The translations under genes and the position numbers were made by a program. A stretch of DNA of 32,000 bases from an uncultured Alphaproteobacteria bacterium. GTDB taxonomy: Bacteria > Pseudomonadota > Alphaproteobacteria > Rs-D84. The notes below the pieces were generated by a model, which saw nothing but the letters and a program-made list of their open reading frames with translations, had not been told where the DNA came from and did no database searches. Shown one piece after another: positions 1-9,500 of this stretch. Each line of letters starts with the position of its first letter. Position 1 is the stretch's first letter. The DNA is taken from assembly GCA_963931495.1 (NCBI GenBank), contig OZ007020.1:180001-212000 (forward strand), written 5' to 3'.

Positions 1-1
1 G

Positions 2-454
2 GACGAATATGCGCCACGTGTGGCAGATGGTGCAAAATTTGTTGTACCAGATAATCTGTTTTCGCGCATTGATGACGAAACTGTTAAAAAATTAACGGCG
101 CAATATGCACCAAAATCTGATAATGCGCCCAAACCAATTGTCGCAAAAATCGTTGCTGTTCGGCCACATCCAACGCGTAACAATCTGCATATCTTGGCCG
201 TGGATGATGGTACAAATCACGAATTACAAATCGTGTGCGGCGCACCAAATGTTCGCGTCGGAATGATTGGTGTTTTGGCGCCTGTGGGGGCAAAATTACC
301 TGGAATGAAAAAGCCAATTACCCAAAGAACCGTTGCAAACACAGAATCTTTTGGCATGATGTGCAGCGCGGCAGAAATCGGCATCGGCGATGATGCGGAT
401 AATATCATTGAACTAAACGATGACGCAAAACCCGGTGATATATTCAAAGGATAA
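2..454 (+). CDS. metG: methionine--tRNA ligase, C-terminal part (5' end lies outside the window), OB-fold tRNA-binding (Trbp111/EMAP-like) domain
   Basis: The frame is open from base 2 (DEYAPRVADGAKF...), so the GTG at 20 in the ORF track is internal. An ...LFSRIDDE... linker is followed by KIVAVRPHP..LHILAVDDG..QIVCGAPNVRVGM..ESFGMMCSAAEIG, as at the C terminus of long-form MetRS. Another protein carrying this domain cannot be excluded. Confidence 0.75.
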   Translation, partial: DEYAPRVADGAKFVVPDNLFSRIDDETVKKLTAQYAPKSDNAPKPIVAKIVAVRPHPTRNNLHILAVDDGTNHELQIVCGAPNVRVGMIGVLAPVGAKLPGMKKPITQRTVANTESFGMMCSAAEIGIGDDADNIIELNDDAKPGDIFKG

Positions 455-457
455 AAT

Positions 458-973
458 ATGGACAATAAAATTAAATTCACTGCATATTGTCTGGGCGACC
501 CAATTGGGCGCAATGTTAACGTACAAACACTGGAAGAATTTGCGCGCGTGTTGCAATGCGCTGAATTTGATACTGTATATAAAATTTCTGTATCTATCCA
601 AGAAAATGTTGCCCCGGGTGCTGGGGTGACCGGAAAAAATACCGTTATGTCATATTATATTGCCGATGAAATTAAAACAGTATCTGGTGTGGGGGCTGAT
701 TTTGAAAAAAGATTTGGTCATATTTTCCCGACCCCGCCCCAGGGAAACAAACACGCAATTATTACCGGATATCGTCCACATACTGTTATCGGACTGCGAA
801 TCAGTGAAAACACTGTCCCCCGGACAAATCTTGGCTATGACATTGTAATACACGAATTAAACAAACAATACGACAAGGTGTTAAACCGAAAACTGCATCA
901 AATTTATCCATGTATTCGCCGGCAAATACCGGTAAAATTGCGCAACTTTGTTATTCGGCAAAAACAACGATAA
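458..973 (+). CDS. hypothetical protein (171 aa), no family recognised
   Basis: The ATG lies 3 nt after the metG stop, suggesting translational coupling. It is a long ORF with host-like composition. It sits between the intact metG 3' end and a decayed copy of that end. Confidence 0.5.
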   Translation: MDNKIKFTAYCLGDPIGRNVNVQTLEEFARVLQCAEFDTVYKISVSIQENVAPGAGVTGKNTVMSYYIADEIKTVSGVGADFEKRFGHIFPTPPQGNKHAIITGYRPHTVIGLRISENTVPRTNLGYDIVIHELNKQYDKVLNRKLHQIYPCIRRQIPVKLRNFVIRQKQR

Positions 974-1020
974 AATACATATTCATGTCGCATGGCGCAA
1001 CGTGCAGTGCGGGCGCGCAT

Positions 1021-1113
1021 AGGATAAAAAACCGGGTGTGTAAAGAACAGTTGCAAACCCAGAATCTTTTGGTATGATATGTAATCCGCCCGGGAATTGG
1101 CGGGGGTGGTGAT
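1021..1113 (+). pseudogene. decayed duplicate of the metG 3' end (tRNA-binding domain fragment)
   Basis: Positions 1042-1082 align to 324-364 with 36/41 identical bases (hand alignment), and weaker similarity continues on both sides. The translation RTVANPESFGMICN matches RTVANTESFGMMCS in metG. The frame is broken by TAA at 1041-1043 (CAA in metG) and TGA at 1110-1112. Confidence 0.65.
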
Positions 1114-1170
1114 TGTGGCAAAACCACAACCAGCACAGAATATACAAAACAATTAAAACAAAGGTTGATT

Positions 1171-1440
1171 ATGTTTAGTAACAGACAAGTTAATTTATGT
1201 ATTAATAATGAAACTGTTCGTGTAATTTGCAATCAATGCAAGTCCAACGAACAATGCATGTCTGGGATGCGGTGCCATGTTTTGCAATATATAACAGAAC
1301 GTTTACCGAATGTAACGTGGCGATATGACGATACCAATCCACAAATCGGTATTACTGCAAATACAGCAGAAGCGCTGGATAAAGCGTATGTGGTTGTTAA
1401 TCGCGCAATCAGAATGCGTACACTGGATAAACAAAGATAA
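1171..1440 (+). CDS. hypothetical small Cys-rich protein (89 aa from ATG 1171)
   Basis: ATG 1171 is preceded by AAAGG (1160-1164); the track start at 1165 is TTG. There are five Cys in the first 35 residues, including a CxxC. No family recognised. Confidence 0.4.
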   Translation: MFSNRQVNLCINNETVRVICNQCKSNEQCMSGMRCHVLQYITERLPNVTWRYDDTNPQIGITANTAEALDKAYVVVNRAIRMRTLDKQR

Positions 1441-1449
1441 TATATTAAT

Positions 1450-2031
1450 ATGCCGGATAAATTGCGGTTGGTTTTAATGTCTTGCTGTGCACCGTGCAGC
1501 GCGGGCGCAATAAAACAACTGGCCGACGGCGAAATATCTGGCATAGATGATTTTATCGTTTTATTTTTTAATCCAAATATTTTTCCCACAGATGAATATG
1601 ACCGGCGATTGGACGAACAGGTGCGTTATTGTGAAAAATTGGGCGTAAAATATGCAATCGGCGAATACGACCACGCGGCATGGCGTAATGCCGTGCGCGG
1701 GATGGAAAATGCACCAGAACGTGGACCACGGTGCAGCGCATGTTTTCGTTTCCGTTTTGAATATGCAAAAAAATGGGCCGCCGAACATGGATATAACGCA
1801 ATATCGTCTGTGTTTGGTGTGTCGCGCCACAAAGATCAATCCCAGGTAGACAGGGCAGGCTGTATAACATTGTCTGATAAGTATATGCCCATTAAATGGG
1901 ATGAACAATTACGTATTGCAATTAACAAGACTGCTGATTTTTACCGACAAAAATATTGCGGATGCGAATTTTCCATACGACCAGATGTAAAGAAAGCACC
2001 AAACCAAGAAAAATTTGTACTTATCAGATAA
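1450..2031 (+). CDS. queH: epoxyqueuosine reductase QueH (DUF208 family)
   Basis: The N-terminal SCCAPCS motif, FFNPNIFP..EY, RGPRCSACFRFR and C-terminal YRQKYCGCEFS match the QueH Fe-S/Cys pattern. Length is 193 aa. Confidence 0.85.
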   Translation: MPDKLRLVLMSCCAPCSAGAIKQLADGEISGIDDFIVLFFNPNIFPTDEYDRRLDEQVRYCEKLGVKYAIGEYDHAAWRNAVRGMENAPERGPRCSACFRFRFEYAKKWAAEHGYNAISSVFGVSRHKDQSQVDRAGCITLSDKYMPIKWDEQLRIAINKTADFYRQKYCGCEFSIRPDVKKAPNQEKFVLIR

Positions 2032-2089
2032 TATTTGCGCATACGCCATTTCAATTCTATAATTACCCCAATTGATAAAAGGAGTATAT

Positions 2090-2965
2090 ATGTCATCTGT
2101 ACTTGTGTTTCCAGGCCAAGGTTCCCAGGCCGTCGGTATGGGCAAAGATTTATATGATAATAATCCAGATGCACGTGCCGTGTTTGACGAAGTTGATGAT
2201 GCGTTAAATCAAAAACTGTCGGACATAATCTTTAATGGCCCGATGGATGAATTAACGTTAACAACAAATGTCCAGCCCGCGATTATGGCCGTATCAATCG
2301 CGATGCTACGGGCATCAGGTGCCGAATTAACAAAATACGTTGCAGGACATTCGTTGGGTGAATATACGGCCCTGTGTGCAGCCGGCGCACTGTCGGTTGG
2401 GGATACGGCGCGGTTATTGCGACTGCGTGGGGACGCGATGCAGCGCGCTGTACCGGTTGGCGCCGGACTGACCGCGGTGATTCTGGGGTTGGATTTTGAT
2501 AAAGTATGCGAAATCTGCGCGCAAACAGATTGCGATGTTGCAAACGATAACTCGCCGGGCCAGGTTGTTATATCTGGTGCACGTGACGTGGTTGAAAAAA
2601 CAATGGAATTGGCAAAAGCGGCCGGCGCAAAACGCGCAATGCCGTTGGCGCTGTCGGTACCTGTACATTGTCGGATTCAGGCGCCAGCCGCAGAAGAAAT
2701 GCGTGCCGCCCTGGAAAAAATAGAGATAAAAGAACCACGCGCGATTTTAATTTCTAATAAAACCGCCGCACCAATGTCTGATACATCAGAAATCAAAGAA
2801 GCGTTGGTATATCAAATTACACATGGTGTACGGTGGCGCGAATCTGTGCTGAAAATGCACGAACTGGGGATAACAGAAACAATAGAAGTCGGACCCGGCG
2901 CGGTATTAACGGGGCTGACACCGCGTATCTGTCCAGAAATGACATCAAAAAAGTTGGAGATATAA
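2090..2965 (+). CDS. fabD: malonyl-CoA:ACP transacylase
   Basis: VFPGQGSQAVGMGKDLY and the active-site GHSLGEYTAL are present. ATG 2090 follows AAAGGAG (2078-2084); the TTG at 2072 in the track is probably not the start. Confidence 0.95.
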   Translation: MSSVLVFPGQGSQAVGMGKDLYDNNPDARAVFDEVDDALNQKLSDIIFNGPMDELTLTTNVQPAIMAVSIAMLRASGAELTKYVAGHSLGEYTALCAAGALSVGDTARLLRLRGDAMQRAVPVGAGLTAVILGLDFDKVCEICAQTDCDVANDNSPGQVVISGARDVVEKTMELAKAAGAKRAMPLALSVPVHCRIQAPAAEEMRAALEKIEIKEPRAILISNKTAAPMSDTSEIKEALVYQITHGVRWRESVLKMHELGITETIEVGPGAVLTGLTPRICPEMTSKKLEI

Positions 2966-2966
2966 A

Positions 2967-3695
2967 ATGTTTGAATTAAATGGAAAAGTGGCGTTAATTA
3001 CTGGTGCAACCGGTGGAATCGGTGGCGCAATCGCCCAGCGTATGAAAGATGCCGGCGCAACTGTTGTTGTATCGGGGCGTAATATAGATAAATTAAATAC
3101 ACAGTTTGATGATTCTTTTATCAAAATCCCGGTTGATTTGGCATCTGATGGCGGGGCAATTGATTTAGTACAATCCACAATTGATACCGCCGGTAAAATT
3201 GACATCGTTGTAAACAATGCCGGTATTACAAAAGATACATTGTTAATGCGCATGTCAGATGATCAATTTGATGATGTTATAAACACTAACCTGCGGTCAT
3301 GTTTCAAAATGTGCCGCGCGGTTATCATGCCAATGATGAAACAACGCAGTGGGCGTATTATTAACATGGCGTCCATCATTGGTGCAATCGGTGGCCCGGG
3401 CCAGGCGAATTACGCCGCATCCAAAGGTGGCATGATTGCAATGACTAAATCCATCGCGGCCGAAGTTGGTTCCCGCGGCATCACAGCAAACTGTATCGCA
3501 CCGGGATTTATAAAAACACCAATGACAGATGTTTTATCTGATGAATTAAAACAAGCATATCTGGCCCAAATTCCGGCGGGACGTTTTGGCGAACCAGACG
3601 ACATTGCATATGCATGTGTATTCTTGGCATCAGACGCAGCGTCATATATCAATGGCCAGGTATTACATATTAATGGCGGCATGGGGCGATTTTAA
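2967..3695 (+). CDS. fabG: 3-oxoacyl-ACP reductase (SDR)
   Basis: TGATGGIGGAIA, NNAGIT, the YAASKGG catalytic motif and a GQVLHINGGM end are present. The gene starts 1 nt after the fabD stop. Confidence 0.95.
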   Translation: MFELNGKVALITGATGGIGGAIAQRMKDAGATVVVSGRNIDKLNTQFDDSFIKIPVDLASDGGAIDLVQSTIDTAGKIDIVVNNAGITKDTLLMRMSDDQFDDVINTNLRSCFKMCRAVIMPMMKQRSGRIINMASIIGAIGGPGQANYAASKGGMIAMTKSIAAEVGSRGITANCIAPGFIKTPMTDVLSDELKQAYLAQIPAGRFGEPDDIAYACVFLASDAASYINGQVLHINGGMGRF

Positions 3696-3698
3696 TTA

Positions 3699-5351
3699 AT
3701 GACAGAATTTGATGTTATTGTTATTGGTGGTGGACATGCCGGGGTTGAATCCGCCGCCGCCGCCGCGCGGCGCGGGGCAAAAACGCTGTTATTAACCCAA
3801 TGTGAATCTGATTTAGGCGCAATGTCGTGCAACCCGTCAATTGGTGGCCCAGGCAAATCCCAAATGGTTGCAGAAATTGATGCACTGGGCGGGATTATGG
3901 GGCGTGCGGCCGATGCGTCTGGGATTCATTTTCGTACACTGAACGCGTCACATGGTGCCGCAACCCAGGCACTGCGCGCACAAATTGACCGCGAATTATA
4001 TCATAATGAAATTGTTGAAATATTGCGCAATTATCAAAATTTAAGCGTTCGCTTTGAAACAGTAAAATCATTGGATGTTATAAAAAAGTCCGTAAATCAT
4101 GCATATACGGCGCGTGCAATTGTACTGACCACGGGGACTTTTTTGAATGGTCTGGTTACGCGCGGGCCAGAAAAAATTCCATCCGGCCGTATTATGGATG
4201 ACGGCGGGTACCAGGCATCTGATGAAAATATATCCGGCGTATTGACCGATGCTGGATTCAAATTAATGCGGTTAAAAACAGGGACCCCGGCAAGAATTGA
4301 TAAATCATCGGTGGATTATTCTGTGTGCGAAGTGCAACCAGGCGACGCGCCACACGAATGGTTCAGTGCACCCAATCCGGATAACACATTCAACGCCGTA
4401 TGCTATATAACACACACAACACAAAAAACACACGATTTAATACGCAAAAATATTTCGGCGGCGCCAATGTATAACGGCGACATCCGCGGTACAGGTCCAC
4501 GATATTGCCCCAGCATAGAAGACAAAGTTATGCGTTTCCCCCAGCATACGTCACACCATGTTTTTCTGGAACCCGAAGGGATAAACAGCAATTTAATTTA
4601 TCCCAACGGGATTTCCACCAGTTTTGGCGCAGATGTCCAGGACGCGTGGATTCGCACGATTCCAGGATTAGAAAACGCGCGCGTTGTGCGGTATGGGTAT
4701 GCAATTGAATACGATGCAATTGATGCGCGCGCATTGCGTGATACTTTGATGGCAAAAGATATTCCGGGATTATTTTTTGCCGGACAAATTAACGGAACAT
4801 CTGGGTACGAAGAAGCCGCCGCCCAAGGAATCGTTGCAGGCGCAAATGCCGCCGCATATGCGTTGGGATTAGACACGCTGAATTTGGACAGAACAAATGC
4901 CATGATTGGTGTTTTAATTGATGATATTACAACACTGGGGGTGGATGAACCGTACCGGATGTTTTCATCACGCGCAGAATACAGATTGGCTCTGCGTGCA
5001 GATAATGCAATCGTGCGACTGGGGGATACGGCGGTAAAATTAGGTCTGATTACTGAAGAAGAGTTTGATAGAAAATATGCACTGCGCGCGGAAAAAATAA
5101 AAGAAAATGATAAATTTTATGCGGGCTATATTCAAAGAAATGAACGTGAAATTGCATCATATAAGCGTGATGCCGCAATGAAAATACCAGTAAATTTTGA
5201 ATATAAAAATCTGCCGGGGCTAACAAACGAGTTAATAGAAAAACTAACTGCAACACGTCCTGAAAATATAGCGGATTTATCCAGAATACCAGGTATGACA
5301 CCTGCAGGAATAATGGTAGTTTTGCGTAAAATTAAATGTGGAAATTCATAG
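3699..5351 (+). CDS. mnmG: tRNA uridine-5-carboxymethylaminomethyl modification enzyme MnmG/GidA (short, 550 aa)
   Basis: [16 protein letters not shown] (FAD fold), [40 protein letters not shown] and [11 protein letters not shown] are present. The C-terminal helical region is shorter than in E. coli MnmG. Confidence 0.95.
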   Translation: MTEFDVIVIGGGHAGVESAAAAARRGAKTLLLTQCESDLGAMSCNPSIGGPGKSQMVAEIDALGGIMGRAADASGIHFRTLNASHGAATQALRAQIDRELYHNEIVEILRNYQNLSVRFETVKSLDVIKKSVNHAYTARAIVLTTGTFLNGLVTRGPEKIPSGRIMDDGGYQASDENISGVLTDAGFKLMRLKTGTPARIDKSSVDYSVCEVQPGDAPHEWFSAPNPDNTFNAVCYITHTTQKTHDLIRKNISAAPMYNGDIRGTGPRYCPSIEDKVMRFPQHTSHHVFLEPEGINSNLIYPNGISTSFGADVQDAWIRTIPGLENARVVRYGYAIEYDAIDARALRDTLMAKDIPGLFFAGQINGTSGYEEAAAQGIVAGANAAAYALGLDTLNLDRTNAMIGVLIDDITTLGVDEPYRMFSSRAEYRLALRADNAIVRLGDTAVKLGLITEEEFDRKYALRAEKIKENDKFYAGYIQRNEREIASYKRDAAMKIPVNFEYKNLPGLTNELIEKLTATRPENIADLSRIPGMTPAGIMVVLRKIKCGNS

Positions 5352-5361
5352 AAACATATAT
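5337..5361 (+). repeat. direct repeat, left copy (TGTGGAAATTCATAGAAACATATAT)
   Basis: It is a perfect 25-mer identical to 6355-6379. It covers the last four sense codons of mnmG, the TAG stop, and 10 nt downstream. Confidence 0.95.
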
Positions 5362-5402
5362 ACCGTTATATTTATATTAATTAGTAAATTGTAAAATATA
5401 AT

Positions 5403-5966
5403 TTAATCGTACTTGTCTTGTAGTTTTTTACAGACTTTTATCTCTTTTTCTGCCTCCAATATTAAATTATCAATTCCACGAGGCAATGAAAAATTATCTC
5501 TTAAAATTAACCTTTTACACGCACATTCCCAAAGCCTGTTTTTTTCGTCCATTTCTTTATTTGCAATTATATACGGCAAAGAAACTAGATTGCCCTTTCC
5601 ATCAGAAAGCATTGCTCCTCCCAAATATTGAGATACAAGACTTAATCTTATAGACGGTTTATAAGAAAGAATTAATTGCGACACACATGCTTCAACAAAT
5701 TTATTGCGGTCTCTATACGATAATTTTACTGGTTCTTCATAACATTTTAGAATTTCTTCTTTTAACTGAGTTTGTATTTTTCTTCGTTTTGCATCATTTC
5801 TCTGGCTCCATGCACTACAACCACAAGATAAAACTACTTGTTCATAACTATTATCTGGAGTTACTATTTTCATACAATATTCATAAAGGCTTTTCTTTTC
5901 TTCATCCGACCTATTACAGCCACAAAGGAATAAACACATAAATAAAAATCTTATAAAACTCTTCAT
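5403..5966 (-). CDS. hypothetical lipoprotein (187 aa), Cys-rich
   Basis: The internal start MKSFIRFLFMCLFLCGCNRSD carries a signal peptide plus a lipobox-like LCGC. The longer track start at 6014 adds an implausible extension. No family recognised. Confidence 0.5.
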   Translation of the reverse strand: MKSFIRFLFMCLFLCGCNRSDEEKKSLYEYCMKIVTPDNSYEQVVLSCGCSAWSQRNDAKRRKIQTQLKEEILKCYEEPVKLSYRDRNKFVEACVSQLILSYKPSIRLSLVSQYLGGAMLSDGKGNLVSLPYIIANKEMDEKNRLWECACKRLILRDNFSLPRGIDNLILEAEKEIKVCKKLQDKYD

Positions 5967-6048
5967 TTGTAGAAAACTATAACAAGCAAAATTAAATATG
6001 GTATAATAACACATAAACTTGATTAAGTTTTATAAAAAAGGAATAACA

Positions 6049-6339
6049 ATGAAAGAAAAAAAACAAGATATTTCACCAATAATGTGGGTCTTTTGGTTAG
6101 TTTCATCTATTATTAGCGGCGTATTAGGCATTGTTCTTATTTATGCGTTTGGTTTTCTAGATATATCTTTTCTTTTGATTGGATTCTTAATATTAATTAC
6201 TTCATCTGTATTATTTATACTTTTTATAAAAGAACTAATCGCAGAAGCCAATATTAGGGCATTAGAAGTATATTATGGTAAAAAGCGTAAAATAATAAAT
6301 AATTCTAATAAGGAAGATAATAATTTTTCTTTTGATTAA
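6049..6339 (+). CDS. hypothetical small membrane protein (96 aa, two predicted TM helices, Lys/Asn-rich tail)
   Basis: ATG 6049 lies 6 nt after AAAAGGA. Two hydrophobic stretches are present (WVFWLVSSIISGVLGIVLIYAF and ISFLLIGFLILITSSVLFILFI). Confidence 0.5.
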   Translation: MKEKKQDISPIMWVFWLVSSIISGVLGIVLIYAFGFLDISFLLIGFLILITSSVLFILFIKELIAEANIRALEVYYGKKRKIINNSNKEDNNFSFD

Positions 6340-6354
6340 TAACTATAAGAAAAC

Positions 6355-6379
6355 TGTGGAAATTCATAGAAACATATAT
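6355..6379 (+). repeat. direct repeat, right copy (TGTGGAAATTCATAGAAACATATAT)
   Basis: It is identical to 5337-5361 and the flanking bases differ on both sides. It lies 17 nt upstream of tRNA-Thr. Confidence 0.95.
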
Positions 6380-6396
6380 TAAGATAACACGCATAT

Positions 6397-6472
6397 GCCG
6401 GTTTAGCTCAGCTGGTAGAGCATCTCATTCGTAATGAGGGGGTCGTAGGTTCAAGTCCTATAACCGGCACCA
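6397..6472 (+). tRNA. tRNA-Thr (anticodon CGU), CCA encoded
   Basis: A 76-nt cloverleaf folds by hand: acceptor GCCGGTT/AACCGGC, D arm GCTC-AGCTGGTA-GAGC, anticodon arm TCTCA-TTCGTAA-TGAGG, T arm GTAGG-TTCAAGT-CCTAT. It closely resembles E. coli tRNA-Thr(CGU). Confidence 0.95.
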
Positions 6473-6541
6473 GGAATACAAATGGTAAAAACAGGAATAA
6501 TTATTATAAAATAAACAGACACTGCGCTTTGGCGGTGGCTG

Positions 6542-6564
6542 GGGCGCATGAGCGCCCGTTTTTT
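6542..6564 (+). terminator. rho-independent terminator after tRNA-Thr
   Basis: The hairpin is GGGCGC-ATGA-GCGCCC, followed by G and TTTTTT. Confidence 0.7.
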
Positions 6565-6589
6565 ATAATTGTCCAAGGAGTATATAAAC

Positions 6590-9500
6590 ATGGCATACCC
6601 AAAAACAGAACCCAAGGCAGATTTCCCAACGCTGGAACATGAGGTACTGGCGTTTTGGCGAAATGATGATACATTCCATAAATCGTTAAATAAAACGAAA
6701 CTGGGACATCCGTTTTCGTTCTATGACGGGCCACCGTTTGGTAATGGACTGCCACACTGGGGTCATTTGGGTGTATCCGCCGTCAAGGATATGGTGGGGC
6801 GTTACCAGACTATGCGCGGTCGCCATGTTGTACGCGAACTGGGTTGGGATTGCCATGGTTTGCCGGCCGAAAATTCCGTTGAAAAAAAGCAGGGCAAACA
6901 GGCCAAAGATATTGTCGCACAGCAGGGTATCACTGCATTCTGTGATATGTGCCGAAATGACGTGCTGGCATACACACACGAATGGGAACGTTTTATTGAA
7001 CGTATTGGGCGTTGGGTTGATATTGGCGATGGATATGGTTATCGCACAATGGATAAAAACTATATGGAATCCGTCATGTGGGCGATAAAAGAATTATACA
7101 ATCGTGGATTGTTGTATAAGGATTATCGTGTTAATCCATATGATTGGAAACTGGGTACTGTATTGTCTAATTCCGAAGCATCATCTGAATACATGGATGT
7201 TGTGGACGATGCCATTACTGTTTGGTTTGAACTAGAAACGGGCGACCGCGCGTTGGCATGGACAACAACACCATGGACATTGCCGGCGAATTCTGCGCTG
7301 GCGGTAAATCCGGGCATGAAATACCTGCGTATGCGTGACAGTGATGGTGCAGTATATATCATTGCTGAATCACGGCTGGCCGCATATGCCAAACAATTTG
7401 AAAATGCCGAAAAAATTGGTGAAATTATGGGCACTGATTTGGTTGGAAAAAAATATACGCCATTGTTTGATTACTATACGGGGACATCGGATTTATTATA
7501 CAAAATTATTCCGGCAGATTATGTGTCTGATGCCGATGGTACCGGAATTGTGCATATTGCGCCAGCATATGGCGAAGATGACTTTTGGGCGGTAAAAAAC
7601 ATAAATCCAGAATTTCCAGTTATTCTGAATGTTGATGACTATGGTAATTTTGATAAAACTGTGTGCGATTGGACCGGCGAAAATATATTTGTTGCCAATC
7701 CAAAAATAATTCAACACCTGCGTGAAAATGGGCACTTGGTAAAAAAAGAACAGTACAAGCACAGTTATCCGTATGGCCCACGCAGTAAAGAAAAGTTGAT
7801 TTATCGCGCAACAGATTCTTGGTACATTGATGTGCCGAAAATTCGCGAAAAACTGATTGCAAATAATAACAAAGTGCATTGGACGTCGGCTGGCGAACGT
7901 TTCCGCACATGGATAGAGGGTGCACGCCCATGGTCTGTATCACGCAATCGTTTTTGGGGAACGCCACTGCCGATATGGGAACGCGACGGTGAATACAAGG
8001 TGTTTGGTTCTGTTGCGGAAATAGAAGATTTCTTTGGCGTGAAAATTGATGACCTGCATCGGCCAACATTGGATAAATTAACAAAAGACGGGTGGAATCG
8101 TATTCCAGACGTTTTGGATTGTTGGGTGGAATCGGGATCTATGCCGTGGGCGTCATTGCATTATCCGTTTGAAAACGCCGATAAATTTAATGCAACTTTC
8201 CCGGCCGATTATATCATAGAAGGCCAAGATCAAACGCGTGGTTGGTTCTATTCGTTAATGGTTTTGGCAACCGCACTGTTTGACAGCCCAGCGTTCAAAA
8301 CAGTGTCTGTAAATGGAATGGTTATGGATGATAACAAGAAAAAGTTATCTAAATCACTGGGGAATTTCACAGATCCATCCGAACAAATTGAAAAATGTGG
8401 CGCAGATGCGGTACGCCTGTTTATACTGGGGTCTAATTTTATGAAGGCCGAACCGGTCAGCATTGATATGGCTGGTCGCGTATTTAACGACGCAATAAAA
8501 ACTATTTTAACCCCGCTGTGGAACGCATATCATTTCTTTACGCTGTATGCGAATGCAGGCAATGTTACTGCACGTGCGGAATCCGTGGGGACGGGCGCGT
8601 TGGATAAATACATCGTTGCGGAATTAAATGAATTAATTTCTGTGGTTGGGGCGGCGCTGGATGAATACAAGCCTGATGTCGCGGTCAAAGAATTTGTACG
8701 ATTCTTGGATGTATTAAACAACTGGTACATTCGTCGTGGACGCGCGCGTTTCTGGGACGAAGACCAGGATGCATTTGATACCCTGTACCATGTTTTGACG
8801 AATTTATGTCGCACGTTGGCACCATTTGCGCCATTTATTTCTGATTATATTTATCGCAATTTAACTGGTGGCGACAGTGTGCATTTGCAATCTTTCCCGA
8901 ATGCCGCGGATTATGACAGGCAAATCGTGTCTGATATGCGACGGGTGCAGGCGGTTGTATCTGTTGGTAAACAATTACGTGAACAATACAAACTGCGCAA
9001 TCGGTTGCCATTGGCAAAAATCACGGTGGCAGGCGCGGATTTGTCCACATACAGTGATATTATTCGTGATGAATTAAATGTAAAATCTGTGGAATTTACA
9101 GAAAACATTTCTGATGTCGCAGATACATTTATTTACCTGATTACACCAAAAATTGGTGCGCGATTTGGTGCCGCATTGCGTGAAATTATTCCTGCGGTAA
9201 AACGTGGTGAATACACGATTTCTGGCGATACACTGGTTGTTGGTGAATATGTATTAAATTCAGACGAATTTGAAAATCGTTTAACCGTGCGCGATGGCGT
9301 AACCGGTGCAGCATTGCCAGATAATACAGCGGTTGTGGTTCTGGATACAGAAATTAATTCTGAATTAACCGCCGAAGGATTGGCAAACGATGCACTGCGT
9401 TTCATCCAAGACACGCGCAAGGCAATTGGACTGGATGTATCAGACCGTATTAACATGACATACTGGGCCGAACCAGCATTGGCAAATGCAATTGAACTGC

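Larger units (their letters stand above)
5362..6354. mobile_element. AT-rich insertion islet of about 1 kb bounded by 25-bp direct repeats (non-autonomous; no recombinase seen)
   Basis: By eye it is much AT-richer than the flanking mnmG and ileS. It carries two divergent small envelope-protein ORFs. It lies between the mnmG stop and tRNA-Thr and is flanked by perfect direct repeats. Confidence 0.45.

Noticed and set aside
912-935. The CCGG-CAAATA-CCGG hairpin near the end of ORF 458-973 resembles the loops of the nth/pheT and dnaG terminators.
   Set aside because: It has only a 4-5 bp stem, no following T-run on either strand, and lies inside a coding frame. Evidence for a terminator or a repeated element family is insufficient.
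458-1440. ORF 458-973 and ORF 1171-1440 were considered as diverged paralogs created by a tandem duplication.
   Set aside because: I found no convincing amino-acid or nucleotide similarity between them by eye. Only the metG-derived segment and the RBS junction are shared.
2072-2089. N-terminal extensions given by the ORF track at 2072, 6569, 9603, 6014(-), 14830(-), 30324(-) and 30245.
   Set aside because: Each begins at TTG or at an upstream codon lacking an RBS. In each case an internal ATG with a Shine-Dalgarno sequence gives the canonical family N terminus or a proper signal peptide.
5362-6354. Imperfect terminal inverted repeats just inside the 25-bp direct repeats, which would suggest a MITE-like element.
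   Set aside because: The similarity is confined to about 14 AT-only positions with a gap. That is not distinguishable from chance in sequence this AT-rich.
7496-8084. Minus-strand ORFs of 127 and 154 aa inside ileS.
   Set aside because: They are antisense to ileS and no independent signals support them.
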